A stretch of 64,000 nucleotides of DNA, from positions 808,690-872,689 of the forward strand of contig OY969472.1 in NCBI GenBank assembly GCA_963700155.1, in the 5' to 3' direction. Origin of the DNA: an uncultured bacterium (GTDB lineage: Bacteria; Patescibacteriota; Dojkabacteria; J137). Both the position numbers and the translations under genes were made by a program. Below the pieces are notes generated by a model. The model did no database searches. It worked only from the letters and a program-made list of their open reading frames with translations, and was not told where the DNA came from. This document shows positions 1 to 8,033 of the stretch, in pieces (positions within the stretch are counted from its first letter, which is position 1; each line of letters opens with the position of its first letter).

Positions 1-247
1 AAGCTCTTTCAGATTCTGAATTTAAAAGTTCATTAGCACTACTGTATTTATAGTTAATTTCTTGAATAATGTCATTTAATGAAGTTTCTGTAGAGTTTCC
101 ATATTCACCAACAAGATATTGTTGAAGTAAAGTTATATCTCTATTTACATTAATCTCTGTAGCATTAGCTGGTGGATTATCCAAATCTCTAGAAGGAATT
201 AAAGGGGCTGGAATTGGTTGTACAACATAAACATCAGGAAAGTTCAT
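1..247 (-). CDS. hypothetical protein, partial (runs off window edge)
   Basis: ATG at 247 two bases past the stop of 250..498; open frame MNFPDVYVVQPIPAPLIPSRDLDNPPANATEI... to position 1; not in the ORF track. Confidence 0.7.
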   Translation of the reverse strand, partial: MNFPDVYVVQPIPAPLIPSRDLDNPPANATEINVNRDITLLQQYLVGEYGNSTETSLNDIIQEINYKYSSANELLNSESERA

Positions 248-249
248 TA

Positions 250-498
250 TTAATATCCAGAATTATTTTTATCATCAATTTTTCTATTTAAAGATTTAAT
301 TTTATTTTTCTGCTCATTCCAGAATCGTTTTTCAGATTCGTTTTGATTTTCAATTTTATTAGCAATTTCACTCTTAATTCTATTTATTTCTGCTACAAAT
401 GACTTCATATCTTCAGGATTCCCACCGCTTATATTAAAACTGTTTATTCTGCTATCAGCTTGAGTTAATAATTGTGCAATTTCCGAATCCATCTGCAT
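250..498 (-). CDS. small helical hypothetical protein
   Basis: ORF track 250..507; ATG at 498 preferred over TTG at 507; coiled-coil-like composition. Confidence 0.6.
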   Translation of the reverse strand: MQMDSEIAQLLTQADSRINSFNISGGNPEDMKSFVAEINRIKSEIANKIENQNESEKRFWNEQKNKIKSLNRKIDDKNNSGY

Positions 499-582
499 AG
501 ATAACAAATTAATAATTATACAAATATTTTAAGAAAATAGTCAGGTGATTTAGTTTATAAAGTGTAAGAATTTTGTAAAGAA

Positions 583-2472
583 TTAAACTAAAGCAGCTTT
601 GATTCTTCTAATACCTGCTCCGGAACTTTCTTGTTTTAGAATTTTAAATTTCTTTCCAGCTTCTGCTAATTCGGAAGTGTTTTGCACATGAGGTCCTCCG
701 CAGAATTCTTTCGAGAAATAGTCTGGATCATTTCCTATCAAATAAACTGAAACAACATCAGGGTATTTTGCTCCAAATTCCATTTGTGCACCTATTTTCT
801 CTGCTTCTTCTTTTGGCATTTCTTTTCGAACTACTGGAAGAGCTTCTTGAATTTTTTGATTAACAAGATCTTCAACTTGATTTATTTCATCATCTTCTAG
901 CTTTCTATTCAGATTAAAATCTACTCTTAATCTTTCAGCTGTAATGTTGCTTCCTTTTTGTTTGATGTTTGGGTCAACTATCTTCTGTAAAGCAGCTAAT
1001 AATAAATGATGAGCTGTATGTAACTTTGTTGTTTCTTTTGATTGATCTGCTAATCCACCTTTAAATTTCTGCTCTGCTCCAACTCTGGATTGTTCTCTGT
1101 GGGATTCTTCTTGTGAATAAAATTCTTTTGTAATTTGTTCAATTTTATCTTCTGGAAGATTTAATTCATCTAATATTAATTCTAAAGGAAATCCATAAGT
1201 TTCATAAATGAAAAATGCGATTTTGCCATCTATTTCCTGATCCTTTGATATTCTTTCTAACTCTTTTAACCCTTTGTCCAAAGTTCTTCTAAATTTAATT
1301 TCTTCTTTCTCAATTTCATCAACGATAAATGATTGATTTGCTTCAAGATGTGGATAGGCGTCTTTCATTTTCTCTATAACTGCTATTGCAAGATCTTTGG
1401 TGAAGTCCTGGGTTATTCCGAGTTTTAGTCCGAATCGAACTAATCTTCTAATAAATCTTCGTAAAATGTAACCTTGGTCTTTGTTTGAAGGTGCTACTCC
1501 ATCTGCCAAAATGAAAGACGCCGCACGAGCATGATCAGCCAGGATTCTGAAATATTTAGTGTCCTCACTTTCTTTACCATTTATTTTGTATTGCTTATCT
1601 GCTATTTCTTCAATTTTTTTTATTATAGGTTCGTAAATATCGCTTTCAAAAATATCATTTTTCCCTTGAATAATAAATAATACTCTTTCAAACCCACCTC
1701 CGAAATCGATATTTTTTTGTTCTAATGTCTGCCACTTCATATCTTCATCTAGCTTATATTCCATAAAAACATTATTACCAATTTCGATAAATCTTCCCGA
1801 ATCATCGTTAATGTGATATTTTTCTTGTTCCTGAGTAATTTCCCCCATATCATAAAATATTTCTGATGTTGGGCCTCCAAGTTCACCAACTGCATGAGCT
1901 CTTTCCCACCAGTTTTTCTTTTTCTCATATGGAAATATTCTATATTTCCAATTCTCTCCTTCAGATAGATCATGCGGAATTTTCGTGACGTCGTCCGAAA
2001 ATTCCGCTTCAATTTCATATTTTTTGAAAGCATTCTTCCATGTTTCAATAGCTAATTCATCTCTAGGTGCATCTTCATCACCTTTAAATACTGTTACATA
2101 AATTCTTTTTGGATCTAATCCAAATCTTTCAACCATTAACTCTAATATCCATGGAATTTGCTGTTCTTTTGTAAAATCACCTAAACTCCAATCTCCCATC
2201 ATTTCGAACATTAATGTGTGTCTATTATCTCCAATTTCTAACATTTCATCATAATTTGTTCTAAGGCATCTTTGAAAGTTGCAAAGTCTTTTCCCTAATG
2301 GATGTGGTTCACCTTGTAAATATGGAACTAATGGAAACATTCCTGAGTTAACATACAGCAAGGTTGAGTCTGCATTTGGTACAAGAGACATGTTTGGAAT
2401 AACTTTGAAATTTCTTGGTTCTTCTGTCCAAAATTTTATAAAGTCTTGTCGTATATCTTCTGATGTTTTCAT
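583..2472 (-). CDS. alaS: alanine--tRNA ligase, short form lacking C-Ala domain
   Basis: N-terminal NSGMFPL/QRCLR/FEMMGDWS and DFGGGFER motifs; editing motifs HTAHH and EFCGGPHV; ends at GIRRIKA; ATG at 2472. Confidence 0.97.
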   Translation of the reverse strand: MKTSEDIRQDFIKFWTEEPRNFKVIPNMSLVPNADSTLLYVNSGMFPLVPYLQGEPHPLGKRLCNFQRCLRTNYDEMLEIGDNRHTLMFEMMGDWSLGDFTKEQQIPWILELMVERFGLDPKRIYVTVFKGDEDAPRDELAIETWKNAFKKYEIEAEFSDDVTKIPHDLSEGENWKYRIFPYEKKKNWWERAHAVGELGGPTSEIFYDMGEITQEQEKYHINDDSGRFIEIGNNVFMEYKLDEDMKWQTLEQKNIDFGGGFERVLFIIQGKNDIFESDIYEPIIKKIEEIADKQYKINGKESEDTKYFRILADHARAASFILADGVAPSNKDQGYILRRFIRRLVRFGLKLGITQDFTKDLAIAVIEKMKDAYPHLEANQSFIVDEIEKEEIKFRRTLDKGLKELERISKDQEIDGKIAFFIYETYGFPLELILDELNLPEDKIEQITKEFYSQEESHREQSRVGAEQKFKGGLADQSKETTKLHTAHHLLLAALQKIVDPNIKQKGSNITAERLRVDFNLNRKLEDDEINQVEDLVNQKIQEALPVVRKEMPKEEAEKIGAQMEFGAKYPDVVSVYLIGNDPDYFSKEFCGGPHVQNTSELAEAGKKFKILKQESSGAGIRRIKAALV

Positions 2473-2477
2473 ATTAG

Positions 2478-3086
2478 TCAAAGATCTAAAATAATAAACT
2501 CATCGTTCTTTATTGTTTTTACTCTGTATTTAGTGTGTTCTTCGTATTTATTAAAATTTTCTTGTTCAGATTCTACATAATGAGGATAAACTTCAAAGTC
2601 TATTAAACTAAGTCCGGTTAGATTTGTTATACCTACAGTATTTTCATCAGTTTTGTTATTATAATTTAATGCTCCAGAAATTTTTATAGTGGGTGACATA
2701 ATAATTGCTCCAGCACTGAATCCGCCGAAAACGAAAGATCTTTTTTTTGTAAATTCTTTTATAGCTTGGAATAATCCAGATTGGTATAAATTATCTAATA
2801 ATATAAAAGTATTTCCACCTGTCACCATTAAAATATTAGCTGTAAGTAAGTTTTGTATTGCTTTTTTAGCTTCAACTCCTCTTTTTGTATTATCAATATA
2901 AATAAATTTAGCATTATTTTTCTCAACATAGTTTTCCCAGTAAGGTAGGTATTTATCATTATCAGCATGTCCGTTTGAAGGCATATAAGCGAAAATTTTA
3001 TTACTAAATTCATCTGGAAATAATTTAGACTTTATTTTTTCTAAAATATCTTCTGAAGGTTCAGAAAAAAGTATTAATCTCTTCAT
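2478..3086 (-). CDS. peptidase E-like S51 family (class I GATase fold)
   Basis: GGNTF, GFSAGA nucleophile elbow, YPHY. Confidence 0.88.
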   Translation of the reverse strand: MKRLILFSEPSEDILEKIKSKLFPDEFSNKIFAYMPSNGHADNDKYLPYWENYVEKNNAKFIYIDNTKRGVEAKKAIQNLLTANILMVTGGNTFILLDNLYQSGLFQAIKEFTKKRSFVFGGFSAGAIIMSPTIKISGALNYNNKTDENTVGITNLTGLSLIDFEVYPHYVESEQENFNKYEEHTKYRVKTIKNDEFIILDL

Positions 3087-3088
3087 AG

Positions 3089-3556
3089 TTAATTTAAATC
3101 TTTATGTAAATCAATATATTCTTCGATGGCTCTAAAACCTCTATTTTCATGAAATTTTAGAGACATATCATTCTTTGTATAAACAGATGCAAATACTCCA
3201 ACTGCACCTTTCTCTTTAAAATTATTTTCAATATCATCTTCTAATTTTGTACCAATGCCTTTGTTTCTATATTTTTCATTAACAAACAATTCTTCAATTT
3301 TCCCATGCAGTTTTCCATCATAATCATAAGTGAATGTTTTTCCTGCAATATAACCAACTATTTCATCATTTTCTATTGCAATCAGAATTATGTAGTCATT
3401 CTTTATCAAGTTTTCAATGTGAGCTACATATTTTTGCAAACCAGGCATATCCCATTTGTCAAAAATCTTTACTTCTTTTTTATAATATTCATCTAGACCT
3501 TTTGCCAGAGTTGCAATCGCTACAATTTCATTTTTACTAGCTTTTCTAATGATCAT
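3089..3556 (-). CDS. GNAT family N-acetyltransferase
   Basis: LFVNEKYRNKGIGTKL acetyl-CoA motif A; N..SLKFHENRGF. Confidence 0.92.
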   Translation of the reverse strand: MIIRKASKNEIVAIATLAKGLDEYYKKEVKIFDKWDMPGLQKYVAHIENLIKNDYIILIAIENDEIVGYIAGKTFTYDYDGKLHGKIEELFVNEKYRNKGIGTKLEDDIENNFKEKGAVGVFASVYTKNDMSLKFHENRGFRAIEEYIDLHKDLN

Positions 3557-3703
3557 TAATTTTTTTATTCAATAATAACAATGAAAATTATAGCAGGTTA
3601 GAAAAATAGAGACTAGTAAGTCGGAAAATATATTTATAATGACAGAACTTTGTAAGAAAAATTAAATATAAAGATAACTGGCTTAGCGATACTACTTTTA
3701 TTT

Positions 3704-3767
3704 ACAATAGATAGAAAGCACTAAAAGTGCACATTTTAGTGCAGATAATGTGCTTTCTATCTATTGT
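3704..3767. promoter_or_regulatory. perfect 18-bp inverted repeat with nested 9-bp inverted repeat; candidate operator
   Basis: ACAATAGATAGAAAGCAC (3704-3721) / GTGCTTTCTATCTATTGT (3750-3767); inner GCACTAAAA (3718-3726) / TTTTAGTGC (3734-3742). Confidence 0.6.
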
Positions 3768-3814
3768 TTGGAAATAGGATAGTCGTATCTAAAATAAATA
3801 TTAAAATTATTGTT

Positions 3815-4084
3815 ATGACAACGATCCCAAGATTTGAAAATCCTATCAGAAAAAATATCGTAATGTCAGAAAGAATGTATGAAGAATCATTGAAATTAGC
3901 TCGAGAAGAAGGAGTAAAATATACCCAGTATGTAAGAAATCTTATAAGAGACGATATTAAAAGAAAAAAGTATCCTCCAGAAATTCCTGAAGATATGAGT
4001 GAAGAAATGAGGAACTATACTTTTGCTACAAATAAAAGAGCAGAATTAATAAAAATTATGAGAGAAATGAGAAGGTTATTATAA
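3815..4084 (+). CDS. ribbon-helix-helix (CopG-like) DNA-binding protein
   Basis: RKNIVM strand, SERMYEESLKLAREEG helix, KYTQYVRNLIRDDI helix; ATG at 3815. Confidence 0.65.
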   Translation: MTTIPRFENPIRKNIVMSERMYEESLKLAREEGVKYTQYVRNLIRDDIKRKKYPPEIPEDMSEEMRNYTFATNKRAELIKIMREMRRLL

Positions 4085-4092
4085 AGGTTTGC

Positions 4093-4740
4093 TTAGTCTT
4101 TGATTTCAGTTACCTCAATTTCAGCTTTTCTTCTTTTAAAGACTGCTTTGAAGACAAAATAAGCAATCCCAGCCAATATGGCAACAACAATCACTACTTC
4201 AAATTGCTTCATATATTCACCAAGCTTTTCCCATTCAGGTCCTAATAATGAAGAAATATATGCCAAAAGTGTACACCAGATAAAACTCCCAATGAAAGTA
4301 TAAAACCTGAATTTTACAAAATTTACTTTTAAAATCCCCAGCGGTAATGAGATAAAAGTTCGAACAATTGGAAGAAGCTGGAAAAAGAAAATCATTTTTT
4401 CACCAAATTTTTTAAACCATCCATCTACTCTTTCAAACTTTTCTTCATCAATATGAACATATTTCCCATATCTTTTTATTGCTGGATGCCCAGCTTTACT
4501 TCCTATAACATACATTATTGTCGAGCCTGTTGCGTTTCCTAATGCTCCTACTAATCCCACTAGCCATAAATTTAAATCACCTTTATAAACTAGAAATCCA
4601 GCAATACCCATAATAATTTCTGATGGAAGAGGAATACTAGCAGCTTCTATTCCCATTGCAATAAATATTCCCCCATACCCTAATGTAGATACTAATTGAA
4701 TTACCCAGACCGTGACTGCTTGTAAAATAGATGAAATCAT
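4093..4740 (-). CDS. DedA family membrane protein
   Basis: IEAASIPLPSEII, F..LLPIVRTFISLPLG motifs. Confidence 0.95.
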   Translation of the reverse strand: MISSILQAVTVWVIQLVSTLGYGGIFIAMGIEAASIPLPSEIIMGIAGFLVYKGDLNLWLVGLVGALGNATGSTIMYVIGSKAGHPAIKRYGKYVHIDEEKFERVDGWFKKFGEKMIFFFQLLPIVRTFISLPLGILKVNFVKFRFYTFIGSFIWCTLLAYISSLLGPEWEKLGEYMKQFEVVIVVAILAGIAYFVFKAVFKRRKAEIEVTEIKD

Positions 4741-7298
4741 GTTTGCGGATTAACTTTGAAAATTCTTGTAACCAATATTATACCGATAAATACAATTAAA
4801 GCAATTAATCCAATCTGAGCATATATATCAACTGATAGCCTTATTACATGATAATAATCATTGAATGGGAAATAGAGGACTAAAGGAGTCCAGATAAATG
4901 ATAAAACTGCAATTCCAATCTTCTTTTTTAATGTTGAAGGTTTCAAAGTTTTTGCTAAAAGCTCCATTAAAATTGAACCACCTAATAATACAAATAATAT
5001 TATTACTATCCTATCAAGATCATTATCATATTGTGTCATAGGTAAAATTGTTTCAAAAATTCCAACCATTACCAGAACTGTAAAAATTGCCGCAGAATAA
5101 ATAAGGTTTCTTAATTTCTTTGATAACCAAATTTGATGCAAAGAATATAGTAAACTAATGATTAATATAAATATGATGATTGAAGTATTTATCTGTTCAG
5201 GACTATAAAATCTGTCTTTAAAAAAATAATAAATATATATTATTCCTGCTGTTATAGCTGCACTTTGTGGGATGGTGTTGCTAAGAACATCTCTGAAGAA
5301 TGTAACTCCATCTTGAACCTTCTGCCGTGTAAATACTATGACATAGCTTGGAGTACTACTTCCTAAGAAACTAAATATCAAAGTTGATGATGGATCTATT
5401 GGTAATGGGAGCTTCATTATAGTGAAATATAATCCAGTCATTATTGCAGCAAAAGATTTGAATAAGAATAATTTTGTTGAAAGTTTTAAATTATAAAGGA
5501 TATTTTCACCTTCGAAAAAAATCATAGGAACTTTTGAAAAATCATTATTTAAGAGCACTATATCAGCAGTGTCTCTCGCAATTTTTGAACCGTGTTCCAT
5601 TGAAATTGAAACATCTGCAGCTTTAATGCTTAGGACATCATTAATTCCATCTCCACTCATTGCAACACGTTTCCCCTTCATTTGAAGTGCTTTAATTATT
5701 GCAAGTTTATCTTCTGGTTTGGCGCGAGTGAAAACAGTTTTTGTTAAGGCTAGTTCTTCAAGGTTGTTTTCACTCGCGCTTAAGTCAACAGCTTGAGAAT
5801 CATCAATTCCAATCTTTTGTAATATTTTTTTTACTGAATTTAGACTGTCTCCAGAAATAATTTTAATTTCGAGTTCTTCTGATTTTAATTGATTTAAAAT
5901 ATCTTTTATTCCCGGGTTTAATTCTTCCTCAATGCTGAAGACTATTATATTCTTTGAAGGTTGTAGGTTCTCAAGACCAGGTTGGTCAGAAGTTTTTAAA
6001 TCTTTGTTTTTTAAGGGATTTTCACCTTCGGTGAAAATCCCTATCAGTACTCTATTCCCCTTAAGCTCTTCTTGTGTAACATAATCTCCAATATCTTTAT
6101 TTAACTTTTCATCAATTTTATCCTGTAAAACTGTATAAGCTCCGAACACTAATGTTTTATAGGTGCCTTTTACTTGAGCAGTCACCAAACTATATTTTTG
6201 TTTGGATGTAAAAGGTACCTGATCAAAATTGTCAAATTCAACTTTTTTATATTTTCCGAAATAATCATTTAATAAAGCTTGAGTTTTGTTAACCCCAACT
6301 ATTTTTTCTCTAACTGAATTGTAGAAGCCTCCAATTTCTTCTTCACCTATATTCATCAATTTAGTATCTAAAATTTTCATATTATTAGTTGTTATTGTCC
6401 CAGTTTTATCAAAGCAAATAACATTAATATTGGAAAGTTCTTCAATACTCCCCCCTTTTTGTATCAATACTCCTTTGTTATATAGTTTGGTAATTGAAAT
6501 TGTAAAAGTAAGAGTGAATAAGAAAATTAATGTTTGAGGAATTATCAAAACGATTATAGTTGTAAGGCTTAAAATTCTTGATTGAATAGTGACATCTGAA
6601 AACTGAGTTAGATAAAAATTTGCTAAGCCTAATGCAATTGAGGCGAATACTAAGAATAGTATTAACTTATCACCATTTCTTTGAAGCTTACTCTTCTTTT
6701 CTTTATATTTAAGAGCTTCTGTTCCTATCTTATTTAAATAGTTATTTTTCCCTACACTTTCAACTATATAAACACATTCTCCTGTGACAACAAAACTTCC
6801 TGCTTTAACCTCCTCATCTTTTTCTTTTTGGATATAATTAGATTCTCCTGTTAAAGCTGATTCATCAAGCTGTAAATAGTTGCTATATAAAACTTTACCA
6901 TCTGCAATTATTCCTTCTCCTTCTTTTGCATGTACATAGTCACCTTCAACAATTTCACTAATAGAAATCTCCTGCTCTTCATTTTCTCTTATTACTTTCG
7001 TTTTAATTTGAAATTGCTCCTTTAATTTATCAAGTTGTTTTTTTGCCCTAAGTTCATCAAGTGCCGAAACAACTGAGTTTACAATTGCAAATGTTCCAAA
7101 AGCTAACACTTCAGAATAAAGCTGAAAATATACGAGTGTTGCTAGTAAAGGTATTAAAACTATATTAATTAAATTGAATGTATTTCTTAATATTATTTTG
7201 AATCTTGAAGGAGTATATGCATCAATAACTTGATTAGAAAGTCCTAAACTCTTTTTTTGTTGAACTTCTGATAGAGTTAGGCCGGTGAATTCATTCAT
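4737..7298 (-). CDS. P-type ATPase (CtpE-like) with atypical TM4 motif PQTL
   Basis: TGES, DKTGT, ISGD, GDGIND; multiple TM segments. Confidence 0.93.
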   Translation of the reverse strand: MNEFTGLTLSEVQQKKSLGLSNQVIDAYTPSRFKIILRNTFNLINIVLIPLLATLVYFQLYSEVLAFGTFAIVNSVVSALDELRAKKQLDKLKEQFQIKTKVIRENEEQEISISEIVEGDYVHAKEGEGIIADGKVLYSNYLQLDESALTGESNYIQKEKDEEVKAGSFVVTGECVYIVESVGKNNYLNKIGTEALKYKEKKSKLQRNGDKLILFLVFASIALGLANFYLTQFSDVTIQSRILSLTTIIVLIIPQTLIFLFTLTFTISITKLYNKGVLIQKGGSIEELSNINVICFDKTGTITTNNMKILDTKLMNIGEEEIGGFYNSVREKIVGVNKTQALLNDYFGKYKKVEFDNFDQVPFTSKQKYSLVTAQVKGTYKTLVFGAYTVLQDKIDEKLNKDIGDYVTQEELKGNRVLIGIFTEGENPLKNKDLKTSDQPGLENLQPSKNIIVFSIEEELNPGIKDILNQLKSEELEIKIISGDSLNSVKKILQKIGIDDSQAVDLSASENNLEELALTKTVFTRAKPEDKLAIIKALQMKGKRVAMSGDGINDVLSIKAADVSISMEHGSKIARDTADIVLLNNDFSKVPMIFFEGENILYNLKLSTKLFLFKSFAAIMTGLYFTIMKLPLPIDPSSTLIFSFLGSSTPSYVIVFTRQKVQDGVTFFRDVLSNTIPQSAAITAGIIYIYYFFKDRFYSPEQINTSIIIFILIISLLYSLHQIWLSKKLRNLIYSAAIFTVLVMVGIFETILPMTQYDNDLDRIVIILFVLLGGSILMELLAKTLKPSTLKKKIGIAVLSFIWTPLVLYFPFNDYYHVIRLSVDIYAQIGLIALIVFIGIILVTRIFKVNPQT

Positions 7299-7370
7299 CG
7301 TAAAATCAACTTTTAAATATTATGTAACGATTTGCATTATATATCTTTAATCTTTGAGAATCTAGAATTA

Positions 7371-7934
7371 CTATTTTGAATTGCGTGAATTCCAAATTGT
7401 TTCTTTAAATCCACTCTTTAAATTAATATATCTTGCTAATGTAAAGAAGTAGTCTGAAAGTCTATTAACAAAAGGTAAAATCTCACTCTCGTCTTTTAAA
7501 GATATCTCTTCAAAATAATCAACTAGTCTTCTCTCTGCCCTTCTACAAATAGCTCTGCTCAAATGGAGACTTGAAGAAATATTGCTTCCTCCAGGCAGGA
7601 TAAAATTTTGAAGTGGCTCTAATTCTTTGTCCATTTTGTCCATTCTGGACTCTAATTTTTTGGTTTGAAGCTTTAGATTCAATTTTATCCTGCCCCCAGC
7701 CAAAATTCCTCCAATTGAAAATATTATGCTTTGTGTATCTTCAAGGTCTTTTTCAATTTTTTTTAATAACTTTTGCTCAGTTTTTTCTGAGATTACTTTA
7801 TAAATTACAATTCCGAGTGAAGCATTTAGTTCATCTAAACTGCCAAGTGCGTCAATTAATTTTGAAGCTTTTGAAATTCTTTTACCGATGATTCCGGTTT
7901 GTCCTTTATCTCCTGTTTTTGTGTATATTTTCAT
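7371..7934 (-). CDS. pduO: ATP:cob(I)alamin adenosyltransferase (PduO type)
   Basis: KIYTKTGDKGQT, LDELNA, FILPGG, RAICRRAER, NRLSDYFF. Confidence 0.95.
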   Translation of the reverse strand: MKIYTKTGDKGQTGIIGKRISKASKLIDALGSLDELNASLGIVIYKVISEKTEQKLLKKIEKDLEDTQSIIFSIGGILAGGRIKLNLKLQTKKLESRMDKMDKELEPLQNFILPGGSNISSSLHLSRAICRRAERRLVDYFEEISLKDESEILPFVNRLSDYFFTLARYINLKSGFKETIWNSRNSK

Positions 7935-8033
7935 AATTAATTTATATCATATTTATGGTTTTAAACCTATATTCATGAATTTTAGAATTCGAGTGTTGCA
8001 GTGTCGGATATGTTCTTATATACTGAATTTGTT

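Noticed and set aside
3089-4084. GNAT plus RHH as an AtaRT/TacAT toxin-antitoxin pair
   Set aside because: Genes are divergent, not an antitoxin-toxin operon; the GNAT is coupled to the peptidase and alaS and looks like a small-molecule acetyltransferase
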